A stretch of 32,000 nucleotides of DNA from Candidatus Saccharimonadota bacterium (GTDB lineage: Bacteria > Patescibacteriota > Gracilibacteria > BD1-5 > UBA2023): assembly GCA_042852035.1 (NCBI GenBank), contig BAAFHK010000001.1, positions 210,001-242,000 on the forward strand, given 5' to 3'. A program made the translations under genes and the position numbers. The notes under the pieces are model-generated. The model ran no database searches and was not told the DNA's origin. It worked only from the letters and a program-made list of their open reading frames with translations. Position 1 is the first letter of the stretch; each line of letters starts with the position of its first letter. Positions 11,878 to 22,387 of the stretch are shown one piece after another.

Positions 11878-12927
11878 ATGCAAAAGAAGTTTATTTCCAT
11901 CATCTGGGGGTATCACGCTCAAATATTGAGTTTTGATGCGAAGCAAAATTATCATATGCTTCCCATAGAAGTAATGAAAAATGCCTGATACGATTGTGAA
12001 ATATTTGCTATCGATGCTCAAGTGAAGATAGAGGATGATCCAAATATTGTAGATGGAGTAAGAGTAGTATATTATAAAAATCTCTTAGGGTATTTCTCAT
12101 ACCTTTGGAAGAATCGTAGAGCACTTTTGTATAGCAATACCTTGACCCTTAAGACACTCATGGTTGGACTCTTTGGGAAATATAGTATATTTATGCCTCA
12201 CGACCAAGCTATACCACTCAAAGAAAAAAAAATAAAACGACTCATCACCCTCTTTTTTTATAGGTTTTTCTCAAGCATTCGTGTCGTAAATAAGGAAGAA
12301 AAGGATATGCTTTGAATTTATAATATTCACTCAAGAATTCTTCCGATTCCGATATCTGAGGCTTTTTATAAGAAAAATGAATGAGAGAGGAGTGGCTTTG
12401 TTTTTGTGTGAAATTTATATCATGATAAGAATCCGGAATTTCTCATCGAAACGATGAAAATTCTTTCTTCAAAGAATGATAGGAATATACTTCATATTTA
12501 TTGAGAGGATCGATATAATAAAAATGGAAAGAATTTCTCTGAACTGGTTCGTGAATCATGACTTGAGGAGAAAATAAAAATTCATGGATTTGTTCCTCAT
12601 GATAAGCTCGCTTGAGAATTAGCACAGTACATGATATATATAAATACTTCAATATCTGAATGACAGTGTCTTACGGCATATGAGGCATCACTCGCATGAT
12701 GCTTTCCATGTCTACAGAAGATTGTTGCTTTTCCTTCAGTTTTCCAGAGCAATGCCCTGTACCATATTTCACCAATGGAACTCGCAGAAAATATAATTTT
12801 TGTTCTTGCACATAAAGAATATGCTCTAAAGTGTGTTTCAGAAAATCAAGTAATGATACAGGAAAAATATGGCTACGATTATCTTAAGAACGAAACACGA
12901 GATTATTTACTCTCATTTTACAGGTAA
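11878..12927 (+). CDS. GT4-family glycosyltransferase, 349 aa
   Basis: ATG at 11878, immediately after the previous TAA, and TAA at 12925-12927, with about 9 TGA=Gly. C-terminal domain: FVFVGNLYHDKNPEFL...IHGFVPHDKLAGELAQYMIYINTSISEGQCLTAYEASLAGCFP (an E(x7)E-like region). Confidence 0.8.
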
Positions 12928-12936
12928 AATATTCCT

Positions 12937-13635
12937 ATGTACAATCCCAAATCCAACTATAATAATGCTACATCAGTCAAGGTTTATACAGAAAAGAGGT
13001 GACTCATGAAATCTGAAGAATCAATATTTGAATTGTTCTCATTTAATAAAGAAATAAAAATTCTCGATCTTTGATGTGGGTGAGGGAGGACAACTGCTGC
13101 GCTTTATGAAAGATGATTTAAGAATATTGTTGGTATTGATTTTGCTGAAAATCTCATTCATGGAGCAAAAAATGAATACCCTCATTTGGCTGATATTTTT
13201 TCTGTATGAGACGCAACTCATCTTGATCAGTTTCATGAACAGGAGTTTGATTTGGTCTTTTTCTCTTTTAATGGGATGGATTATATTCCAAACCGAGATG
13301 AGCGACTCAAGGCATATAATGAGATACATCGAGTTCTGAAACCTTGATGAATGTATGTCTTTTCATCGCACAATAAATGGTGCTTCCCAATAAATCGACT
13401 CTTGCTAAAAATTCAGATTTTAAATTTACACAGAATATTCAGTGAGTATTGGTGGGCTGGGCAAACATTCTGAAAAATGCTTACCTATTTTAGTACTGAA
13501 TCAGCACTCGAGAGAGATTTAGTAAATTCTGGTTTTCGAAAGATTTGTGTTATTCCAAACACAATACATCTCTACCCATTCTTTGACCCGTTCCCGTATT
13601 ATCTTTTTAAAAAGACTGAAAAAATATGAAAATAA
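12937..13635 (+). CDS. Class I SAM-dependent methyltransferase, 232 aa
   Basis: ATG at 12937, TAA at 13633-13635. Motifs: ILDLGCGGGRTT (three TGA), GIDFAENLI, FDLVFFSFNG, LKPGGMYVFSSHN. Confidence 0.85.
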
Positions 13636-14735
13636 CACTCTTTGCTCAGAACATGTATGCCCCCTGGATTGAGGGAGTCAAAAATAATTCACTCCTATTA
13701 CTCAAGGAGCTCAAAACATCTGCAGATATAGAAATTATTACTCATCGTGCAAAAGATGGAGAATGAGATGTTGAGGCGAGCACTATTGAATGAGTTCCAG
13801 TTTATCATTTTCTGGAACAGAGCGATAATAAGTGGAGACAGCTTTGGCTTTTTCTACGAGGAGGATTTAAGGCGTTCAAACATGTACGCAATAGTAAATC
13901 AAACATTATTACTTTCCAATATTTAGAAATTGGTTTCATAGTTCCAATGTTCCTTCTTGCTCTTTTTTCTCCAAATACGAAGTTTGTTCTTACGGTTTAT
14001 GCAACCGATGAGCTCGAACATTGGTATAAAGTTCTTACGTTAAAACTCCTGCGATGGAAGTTTAAAAAGATCGTTATTATTTCCGAGCTTCTCAGGCCTC
14101 TCGTTAAAGATATTTGATTTCGAGATGCTGATATCGCATGGATACCAATCTCTTTCGATAAAAAAAGATATGCTCATCTTGCTGATTTTGCTCATCAGGA
14201 TCGCAAACTAATACTTTTTTCAGCAGGGCCAGTATATGCGGCTGGGTCATTTTTTATGGTAGAGCTTGCTAAAAATATGCCTGAATATCGTTTCCTTTTT
14301 ACGATGCGACAATTTAATAAGAGAAGTGAAGATGAATTAGTAATTCTTAAAAATTATATCGCAGTACAGTGAGTGACAAATATAGAAATCGAGAGAAATC
14401 TTGAAAATATGGAAGAGGTACTATGAAAAGTTTGAGCTCTTATTCTTCCACTTCAAGATATCCATATTAAGATGCTTATACCAGTAGCCCTTCTTGAGGC
14501 TATGGCAAGAGGAACTCTTTGTTTCGTTTCGGATCTTCCGAATCTTCGATCTCTAGTAGAAAATGAAAAAAATGCAATCGTATTTGAAAAAGACAATATT
14601 CTTGATTTAAAGCGAAAAATCATAAACTATATGAACGACGACGCTATTCGTATTCAGGCATTTAATTTTGGTCAGGCATTTCCTGACTATCCTGAAATAG
14701 CTCAAAAGTATCTCAATATTTTCCAATCCCTTTAA
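13626..14735 (+). CDS. GT4-family glycosyltransferase, 369 aa
   Basis: ATG at 13626 overlaps the previous gene by 10 nt. TAA at 14733-14735. Translation MKITLFAQNMYAPWIEGVKNN...LPLQDIHIKMLIPVALLEAMARGTLCFVSDLPNLRSLVENEKNAIVF. Confidence 0.8.
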
Positions 14736-14741
14736 AACAGA

Positions 14742-15767
14742 ATGTCTCGTATTTTAGTACATGGTATTACTATAGATATCCATACCAGTAATGACTCACT
14801 TCTAAAATCAATAGAGGAATATTATCAGATTTTTCTTGTAGAATCAACGGATACGGCACCTGATATAGTTGTAAATCTTGATCTCATTGGGTATTTTGAG
14901 AAAATCCCAAAGAAAATACTCCCTTCTGAATGAAGTATTCGAGTGGGGGATACTATTTGGATACATAAAGAAAAAAAGGAATACACATTCCAAGATAGGG
15001 AAATTATGGCGCAAATTACTTGGGATACTTCTTGAAGTATGTGCATCGAGGCCTATCTTAAGCCTCTTGCTATTCGACATTGGGTAAATATAGCCCTTCA
15101 GGGAACTACGAGAATATCAAAGTATTATAATCGCTTCTTTATTAAGACATGCATTCATGACCCACTTTTTGTTCTCTTAGAGAAAAAATTTGGGATTATT
15201 CTTTTGCATGCTACAGCAGTAACGAATGGAAAGAAGACATTTGTTTTTAGTTGATTGTGATGAAGTGGGAAGTCTACAACTGCTGCCGCATTTTCAACTC
15301 AACATGGTTACACGATTCTTGCCGATAATTACGTCCTCTTAAAATGAAAGACGCTTTATCCTTTTCCAGAACTTGCAAGAGTAACAAAAGAAACAGAAAA
15401 CTTGCTCGGAATCCGTCTCAAGAAGAAGGCGGATGGAATAAAGAGCTATCTCCAAAACGATACAAAATCAGTTCAGGAATCATATGAAGTACGAGCTATT
15501 TTTCTTTGTAGTTACGGGGATTCATTTCGAGTAGATTTAGTAAATGATGTTAATACATCCTTCGAAAATATGCTTGCGATCAATCACTATACGAAGGAGT
15601 TTCCTGAATATGGGAATTTAGCACTTTTGAGCCTACTTTCTGAGTATAATACAGGATCTGTTCGTATGGAAGAGCTCAAAAATATCTGCCAGGAAAATCA
15701 TGTTTATTTCCTTCAAAACGATAAAAATATTATCTCCCATATTCCAGAGATTGCCTCATTTCAGTAA
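14742..15767 (+). CDS. HprK-like P-loop kinase-domain protein, 341 aa
   Basis: ATG at 14742, TAA at 15765-15767. The core LLHATAVTNGKKTFVFSGLGGSGKSTTAAAFSTQHGYTILADNYVLL matches the HPr-kinase C-terminal-like fold. The Walker A glycines at 15252, 15258 and 15261 are TGA codons. Confidence 0.7.
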
Positions 15768-15769
15768 TT

Positions 15770-16753
15770 ATGTATACCTTCTGTGACATCCCAAAGGCAA
15801 TTGATGTTTCTCAATATAATGAACAAACAGAGCAAGCAATGAATCATATTCGCAAAGAAGTGCCGAGTATAGTTGCTCTATACAGTATGTGAGAACAGGA
15901 TCTTCATGGGTTATCTGATATTGATTTGCTTTGTATTATTCGTGATAGTTCCGATGAAAAGGTTGGTACTATAAAGAATATATGTAAAAACTACTCTTTA
16001 CTTGATGTTCCGTACTGTATTGATGAAGATTCTGTCCTGCTTCTTTCGTATTTTATTCAGCAGCCCTATCTAAAGCATATCTGGTGAAAGAGATATGATA
16101 TCCCCGAGATTCATAAAGAAGCAAAAGTTTTATTTGCCTGGAAACTCTGCTTTATTGGTCTTTTGCGGATTTTTTATCCGGCATTTTATTCGAAGAAAAT
16201 TTCAGTAGAACTCCTCCTCAAACAAATCTATTATATACGGTATTTGATTTGTTTTTTGGATATTGATGATCGAGAAATACTAGATTTTATGGCTGAATAT
16301 AAAGAATTTCACAGAACATGGTTCGATCATCAAGATTCAGAGCTTCTTGCTAAAAAATTTTTACCGAAGGCTATTGATATTTGTTGGAGCATCATCGAAA
16401 TGATCGATAAGAAACTGAAGCAATCTGGAGTTCTTAGTATAATTCCAAAATCTCATATACATACCTGAAGGTATCCGACGCTTTTTTCTCATCGAGATTT
16501 TCGCAGAAAGAGTGAATGATATTTTCAGAAACTACAAAAATCAGATAGATTTCTTTGTCTTCCGCATTCATTTAATATGGATAATTGGGACAAGTCAAAG
16601 ATGGATGTGCTTGATAAAATTTTATTCATATCTCCTCAATTTCTCGATTTTTGATTTGAATCAGTTTCTCTGAAATTGCTTTTAAAAATAAAAATGATAA
16701 AAGATTATTTTATGATTTTGTATTACAGATACGGTATACTATGAAAAGAATAA
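15770..16753 (+). CDS. Nucleotidyltransferase-domain (Pol-beta superfamily) protein, 327 aa
   Basis: ATG at 15770, TAA at 16751-16753. The NTase signature G-x(9)-DxD appears as VALYSMGEQDLHGLSDIDLLCIIRD. The remainder looks helical and has no family I recognise. Confidence 0.6.
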
Positions 16754-17826
16754 CCTACCTCATGAATGGTTTTGAGTTCCAGTACCTTTTCTTTCAGAGA
16801 CAGTTGAAAGAGATTTTTGATATTACCCTTAAAACGCCACATACAAAAAAATATAATACCGGAACAAAATATATTCCGGCAAACATGCTCATGATGTATA
16901 AACTTTACAGAACAAAAGAAATACAAAAATATGATATTGTACAATTTAACAATACGGAAAACTTTCTCTTTTTCGAGAAGTCTCTCTCTCAAATTTCTAT
17001 TGCAGAATCTCATGGATTCGATTTCTGAGTAAACTATGATCGTTATCTTGAAGATGAAAAAAATCCAGTTCTTAAATGCATAGGTTGGATTACGGATAAG
17101 GTTATCTGATGGAAGATTCGAAAGAAAATTCAAGACTTTGATCTCTACTACTGCTCAACACCAGATATGTTAGATCCGCTTAAGAAAATTCGACCTGATG
17201 TGAAATGGCTTCCAAATCCAATCAATACCGAGCTCTTTACGCCAGAATGAAAGATTATAAAACTTGAAGGAAATCCAGCATGCTTTTTTCCAACACGACT
17301 TCATGGGGATAAAAAACCAGAATATGCAATTCGGATTTTTCAGGACTATATCAAGCCAAAATATCCAGAAGCAACGCTCCATCTTCTTAATCAATGAATT
17401 GATGTTGAAAGGTATAAAAAAGAACTCTCAGACGAGCAGACCTATTTTTGGCATGATTTCATGGATAAGGAAACTCTTGCGGCAAAAATCCGTGGTTCCG
17501 ACTTGTGTTTTGGTGATTTTAGCATAGGATGACTTTCGCTTATGCCGATGCAGATTATGGCTTGTCGAAAACCGATAGTTACCTACGATATGCATGAATT
17601 GATAAAAGTTGAAAGAGACGATTTACTTGATCTTACGAAAAATATTTTAGAAAACCCAAAATTCCGTTCAACATATATTGAGAGAAATTATCAATATATC
17701 CTTGATATGCATTCGGAGGCTTCTATAGCAAAAATGCATTTAAAAAATATTCTTCCCATCGCAATAAAAAAGAATCCTGATTTAGCATGAATTATAGAGA
17801 AATTTCTCTCCAAAAATGCATCATAA
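16741..17826 (+). CDS. Putative GT1/GT4-fold glycosyltransferase, 361 aa
   Basis: ATG at 16741 overlaps the previous gene by 13 nt. TAA at 17824-17826. Translation ...PNPINTELFTPEG...FFPTRLHGDKKPEYAIRIF...GSDLCFGDFSIGGLSLMPMQIMACRKPIVTYD resembles a GT-B C-terminal domain. The family call is weaker than for the other GTs. Confidence 0.6.
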
Positions 17827-17845
17827 CTTATAACGTATTTCTTCT

Positions 17846-18514
17846 ATGAATAACAATACCCCTCGTGCATTCGCCACACATGGAATCCATGAAAAAAGTA
17901 TCGAAATTATTAAAGGTGTTCTTGAGTCAAAAGAGTCTCCAAAAATTCTTATCGCTTCAGCTGGAAGTGGAAATTTCGAAAAGCAACTTGTGGAGACGCT
18001 TTCAGTCAATCCGAAAGATATAACCCCTCTTGATATTAATGGGGATACCTATAGCTATGATCTTACAAAGCCAAATTTTGTACTTGCAGATTTGAATAAT
18101 CCACTCCCATTTGATGATGAGGCTTTCGATCTTATTATTTGTATAGAGACTATTGAACATATTTCCTATACTTGGCAACTTTTGAGAGAGTTTAGTCGAG
18201 TAACAAAAGTATGAGGGAATGTTTTTATTACTTCTCCGAACTGTGAAAGTTTTGCTGCCCGACTCTTTTTTCTTGTGAAGGGAATTTTGCCAGCATTTCA
18301 GCAGGTGGATTTCGATAAGAGTGGTCATATTACTCCATTTTTTAGCTGGGTGTTGAAGTACTTTTTAGAGGCGCTTCCACTTCAGATAGTTAGCTATGAC
18401 TCACATAGTTTTCATGCTTGGATTATTCCTTATGTTTGGAAGGTGAGAGTTCCTATGAAGAGTATCCTTTTTGCAGAGACAAACATGTGGCTACTGAAGA
18501 AAAAAGAGGCATAA
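17846..18514 (+). CDS. Class I SAM-dependent methyltransferase, 222 aa
   Basis: Track ORFs 17846..18214 and 18275..18514 join in frame through TGA. Motifs: ILIASAGSGNFE, FDLIICIETIEHI. Confidence 0.8.
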
Positions 18515-18574
18515 TACTTACAGACAATGATTTGAATAATGATATTTTCCAGTATACTTGAATAAAGTTTTCCT

Positions 18575-19189
18575 ATGAATAAAAAAAAGAAAGTTCTCGC
18601 CATCGGTCCTCATCCAGATGATATTGAGCTGGCATGTTTCGGGACTATGTGTCGTCTTGCTGCAGAGTGACACGAAATTCATTTTCTTGTTCTTTCAAGG
18701 GGGGAGTGAGGGTCGAATTGACTTGATCGGACTGAAGAAGCGAAAGCTTCCGCAGCACTCCTTTCTTGTACGCTTCATCTTGAAAATCTTCCAGATCGAT
18801 ATATGAGTGATGGCATGGAAACCATTTCTGTGATTGAAAAATATGTGAGCACTATTCGGCCTGATATGGTATTTATTCCTTCAGGGAATGACGTTCATCA
18901 AGATCATCGTGCTGTGCATCTTGCTTCCCTGGTAGCAGTTCGTCTTGTAGATGAAGTCTATCTCTATCAGGCACCAAGTACGACTATGGGTTTTCAACCC
19001 TCGGTTTATTTTGATATCAGTGATTATATCAAGCTGAAGGTGGAGGCGGTAAAAATTCACTCTTCACAATGAGGAAAAGTTTATATGGCAGATAGAGCCG
19101 TAGAATGACTTGCTGAATATCGAGCCTTTGATATTTTCCGTAATGATCGATTTATGGAAGCATTTGAACCACTGAGAATCGTTAGATAG
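18575..19189 (+). CDS. PIG-L / LmbE-family N-acetylglucosaminyl deacetylase, 204 aa
   Basis: ATG at 18575, TAG at 19187-19189. Motifs: VLAIGPHPDDIELACFGT, LSRGEGG, NDVHQDHRAV. Confidence 0.9.
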
Positions 19190-19190
19190 T

Positions 19191-19865
19191 ATGATCTGTT
19201 CAATACATCAACCAAATTACATCCCATATCTCTGACTTTTCCATAAATTAGCTCAGTCAGATGTTTTTGTTTTTTATGATACAGCCCAATATACCAAAGG
19301 CGACTATCATAATCGAAATACCATTAAGTGACCAAATGGTCCTATTCTCCTCTCTCTTCCAGCCCAAGTCAAGCTCTGACAACTGATTTCTGAGGTTCAG
19401 TTTGACTCTCGAGTACTACCAAAGCACCTTAAAACTATCCAAGAATCGTATAAAAAATCAAAGTTTTTCCTAGAAGTACTTCCTATTGTAGAACAAATTT
19501 ATGCATATACGGGGAGTTCTCTCGCAGAGTTTAATATTGTCACCATAAAAAAGCTGGTAGATGTACTTTGAATCAAAACAAAACTTGTATTACTTTCAGA
19601 AATCTCTTCGAAGCTTGAGACACGAAGCACGGAGGCGCTTATTGATATCTGTAAAATTCTATGAGCTCATGTGTATATTTCTTGAGCCTGATGAAGGGGA
19701 TATCTTGAGCCAGAACTTTTTGTGTGAGCAAATATTAAATTGGAATTTCAGCACTTTGAACATCCAGTATATCCCCAGCTTTGGTGAGAATTTCTTCCCT
19801 ATATGTCAATAATTGATGTACTTTTCAATGTTGGCATTGAAGATACGAAAAAGCTTATATCGTAG
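19191..19865 (+). CDS. WbqC-family protein, 224 aa
   Basis: ATG at 19191, TAG at 19863-19865. Translation MICSIHQPNYIPYLGLFHKLAQSDVFVFYDTAQYTKGDYHNRNTIKGPNG...YISGAGGRGYLEPELF...SIIDVLFN matches the WbqC-like consensus. Confidence 0.85.
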
Positions 19866-20955
19866 GAGTTTTTTGATAGATACTTTGTATTATTCCACGC
19901 CATGAGAGGGTTGTGTTCTGGAATTTTTTTGCATTCTCTCCGAGCTGCTCGGTTAATTCTTGGTCTCAAAGAAGTTTTTCTATCGCATTAGCGATGAGTG
20001 CAGGATTTGGACTTTCTACCAGGAGACCAGTTTCACTGTTTTTAACATACTCGGAGAGTACTCCAACATCTGTTGCAATCACCGGAAGAGAAAAACTATA
20101 AGAAAGTGGTATGATTCAGGAGGCAGTTGCGTCTTTGTACGGGAGTACGACAAAGCGAGATCTTCCAAATAGTCCTGGGATTTCTTTATCGTCAATAAAA
20201 CGATTTATAAGAGTAATGTTCTTCTTTTCTATTTTTTCGAATTCATTTTTATAAGGCGATATATCCCCATCTCAAGCGATGATAATATGATAGGGGATTC
20301 ATTTCTTTTCAAGAATCTCTACAGCCTGAATCAATATATCAAGTCATTTGTATGCAACAATTCTTCAGAAAAAAAGAAAGGTGTAGGGTTCCTTTTTTTC
20401 TGAAAGGTTTTCATGTCTAAGGAAATCAAGGGATCAGTGATAGATGCTTCTTATTTTTTCTTCGGGAATACCATAATATTTTATAACTTTAGTTCGCATT
20501 TTCTCCCCATGAACTATAAGAATATCAGAAAATTTTCGTAAGAAGATATTTACTCAAATTGCTACTTTGTGAAAGATTCATTTTCTTTCCCCTGAATGAG
20601 GAAATGGATCATGTTGAATGACATATATTTTCGCACCAATAAGTCTCCCAAAAATTGGATAAAAGAAGTACCAAGGATGATTATCCATAATTTGGATAAT
20701 ATCTGGTTGAAATTTCCATATTTTCGACAGAAGCCCTATATGAGCGAAGATATTGAGGCTATCAATGATAAATGATCCAAATGTTGGATTCGTTCGAATC
20801 TTCCATAGCTCTATACCCTCATCATAGAGTTGAGTATCAGCATAACTTGGAACAATTACTCGAATATTGTGCTCACTTTTCAGAGCATTCGAAAACTGTG
20901 AGCTATAATGGAGCATTCATCCTCGTCCATTCAGATTAAAGACAACAATGTTCAT
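19855..20955 (-). CDS. GT4-family glycosyltransferase, 366 aa
   Basis: ATG at 20955, TAA at 19855-19857. Translation [21 protein letters not shown]...FLFFGRIVAYKGLDILIQA...[46 protein letters not shown]. Confidence 0.88.
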
Positions 20956-20956
20956 A

Positions 20957-21730
20957 TTAGTCTTGAAATTTTTTTCTATAGAGCTCACCTGCTACAGATA
21001 CTGGAAAAAAGAGAGCAAAAGGAATAAGCGCCATAGAGTATCGAATAAAGCCAAAAGCATCTTCAAGTCCAAATGCCGGTTCAATATAGAGTATGGCAAG
21101 GAATATTGCATAGAGCGCAAAAGTCTTTACAAGCATGGTTGAGAATTCCTTAAGGTAAAATCTTTTAATAAAAATAAAAATGAGAGATCCAAGAAAAATC
21201 AAATAGAGTAAATTATAATCTGGGTGATAGAGCGATTGCTCAAGAGGGGCCATGAGAGTCTTTGAATTCGATATATGTTCAAAGAAGCTTGAGAGGGATT
21301 TTACAGAAAAAATATCAAATCCATCGGTCATAATATTTTCTTTTGGGGAAAAGCTATGGAGGTACTTATTTACTGCCCAAGAAAGGGAAATGCCAACGAG
21401 TATTGGAAGAAATGAAATACTATTTTTTTTATTTACCGCTTTTGCAAGAAATAAGAATATGAAATCAATCACGAGAAGAGTCGAAACAAGCAGGAGAGAT
21501 TCACTTCGGATGCTTGAATCAAGAAATACGAGTATACCAAGTGGAAAAAGTATGAGAAGGTTCCTTTCTTTTTTTAGGATTACCTGATCAGATATGTAGA
21601 AGGCAAAACTAAAGAGAAAATATCCAGAGACAAGATTAAAATAAGCATCAATACTATGAATAAAGATAATTGGGAGACTTACCCAAATATATGCTGCCAT
21701 GGAAGCGATAAAGCTATCATACTTTCGCAA
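20957..21730 (-). CDS. Polytopic membrane protein, C-terminal part (~9-10 TM), start uncertain
   Basis: Track ORF with a TTG start at 21730 and TAA at 20957-20959, one nt before the GT4 ATG. The frame stays open upstream to 21910, and the first ATG is at 21700. It contains a loop ending SLYHPDYNLLYL. See the finding on the in-frame TAA at 21911-21913. Confidence 0.6.
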   Translation of the reverse strand: MRKYDSFIASMAAYIWVSLPIIFIHSIDAYFNLVSGYFLFSFAFYISDQVILKKERNLLILFPLGILVFLDSSIRSESLLLVSTLLVIDFIFLFLAKAVNKKNSISFLPILVGISLSWAVNKYLHSFSPKENIMTDGFDIFSVKSLSSFFEHISNSKTLMAPLEQSLYHPDYNLLYLIFLGSLIFIFIKRFYLKEFSTMLVKTFALYAIFLAILYIEPAFGLEDAFGFIRYSMALIPFALFFPVSVAGELYRKKFQD

Positions 21731-21910
21731 GAAAATACCAAAGAGAAGAAGTGCGGTATTCAGATAGATAAGAGAAGATATAATATTTGTATATCCGTCT
21801 GGGAGCTCATCATAAGGGAGGAGGAAATAGAGATCGATGAGTGGTGCAAATATGCTGCGCTTATATTCTCCTCAGAGGTTCTCAGGATCCTGTTTATCGA
21901 GAACGATTGA

Positions 21911-22369
21911 TTTATTTTCGAAAAAAACCTTTGTTTTTAGATCCCATCCAGTAACCGCATCCTCTCAGAGAGTTGGATGGGAGAGGTTTGTCATAAAGGA
22001 AAGGGCAATCTTGAAGAGCACCATAACAAGGAAAAAGAACACTCCAATCTTTCGCCATGTTCCATAAATCTTTATATCATGAAGTATTTTTTCTCATGTT
22101 TTCTTCCAGTCACTCAATAAGGGGGGTGTATCTCCTTTTTTTCTTCCCCAGAGCACAAAACCAACAAGAAGAAGACTGGTAATTGCTGGAATAAGGATAG
22201 TAATATGTTTAAAAAGAATCGTTGAGAAGATTGATTCCATCACAAAAAGTGAGAGTCCAATTCCAAATCACAATCAAAGAATTTCAAAGATATTGAGGTG
22301 TTTCGATTGTTTTGAGAGAATGAGGATGGATCCACCAGCGAGATAGGTGAGTACTATGGAGAATAGCAT
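21911..22369 (-). CDS. Membrane protein with 4 TM helices, 152 aa (possibly the N-terminal part of the downstream protein)
   Basis: ATG at 22369, the first ATG after an upstream TAA, and TAA at 21911-21913, with 4 TGA=Gly. Translation MLFSIVLTYLAGGSILILS...ILGLGFGIGLSLFVMESIF...ITILIPAITSLLLVGFVLW...IGVFFFLVMVLFKIALSFM. It is in the same frame as 20957..21910. Confidence 0.55.
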
Positions 22370-22387
22370 ACTGAGAGGAGTAATAGA

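Noticed and set aside
16723-17133. 136-aa minus-strand ORF.
   Set aside because: It lies antisense to the plus-strand GT gene that continues the operon, and it shows no family resemblance.
14742-17826. The HprK-like kinase plus nucleotidyltransferase as a lasso-peptide/RiPP tailoring cluster.
   Set aside because: I could find no Asn-synthetase-like lasso cyclase, no transglutaminase-like leader peptidase, no RRE protein and no obvious precursor peptide. The context is uniformly glycan biosynthesis.
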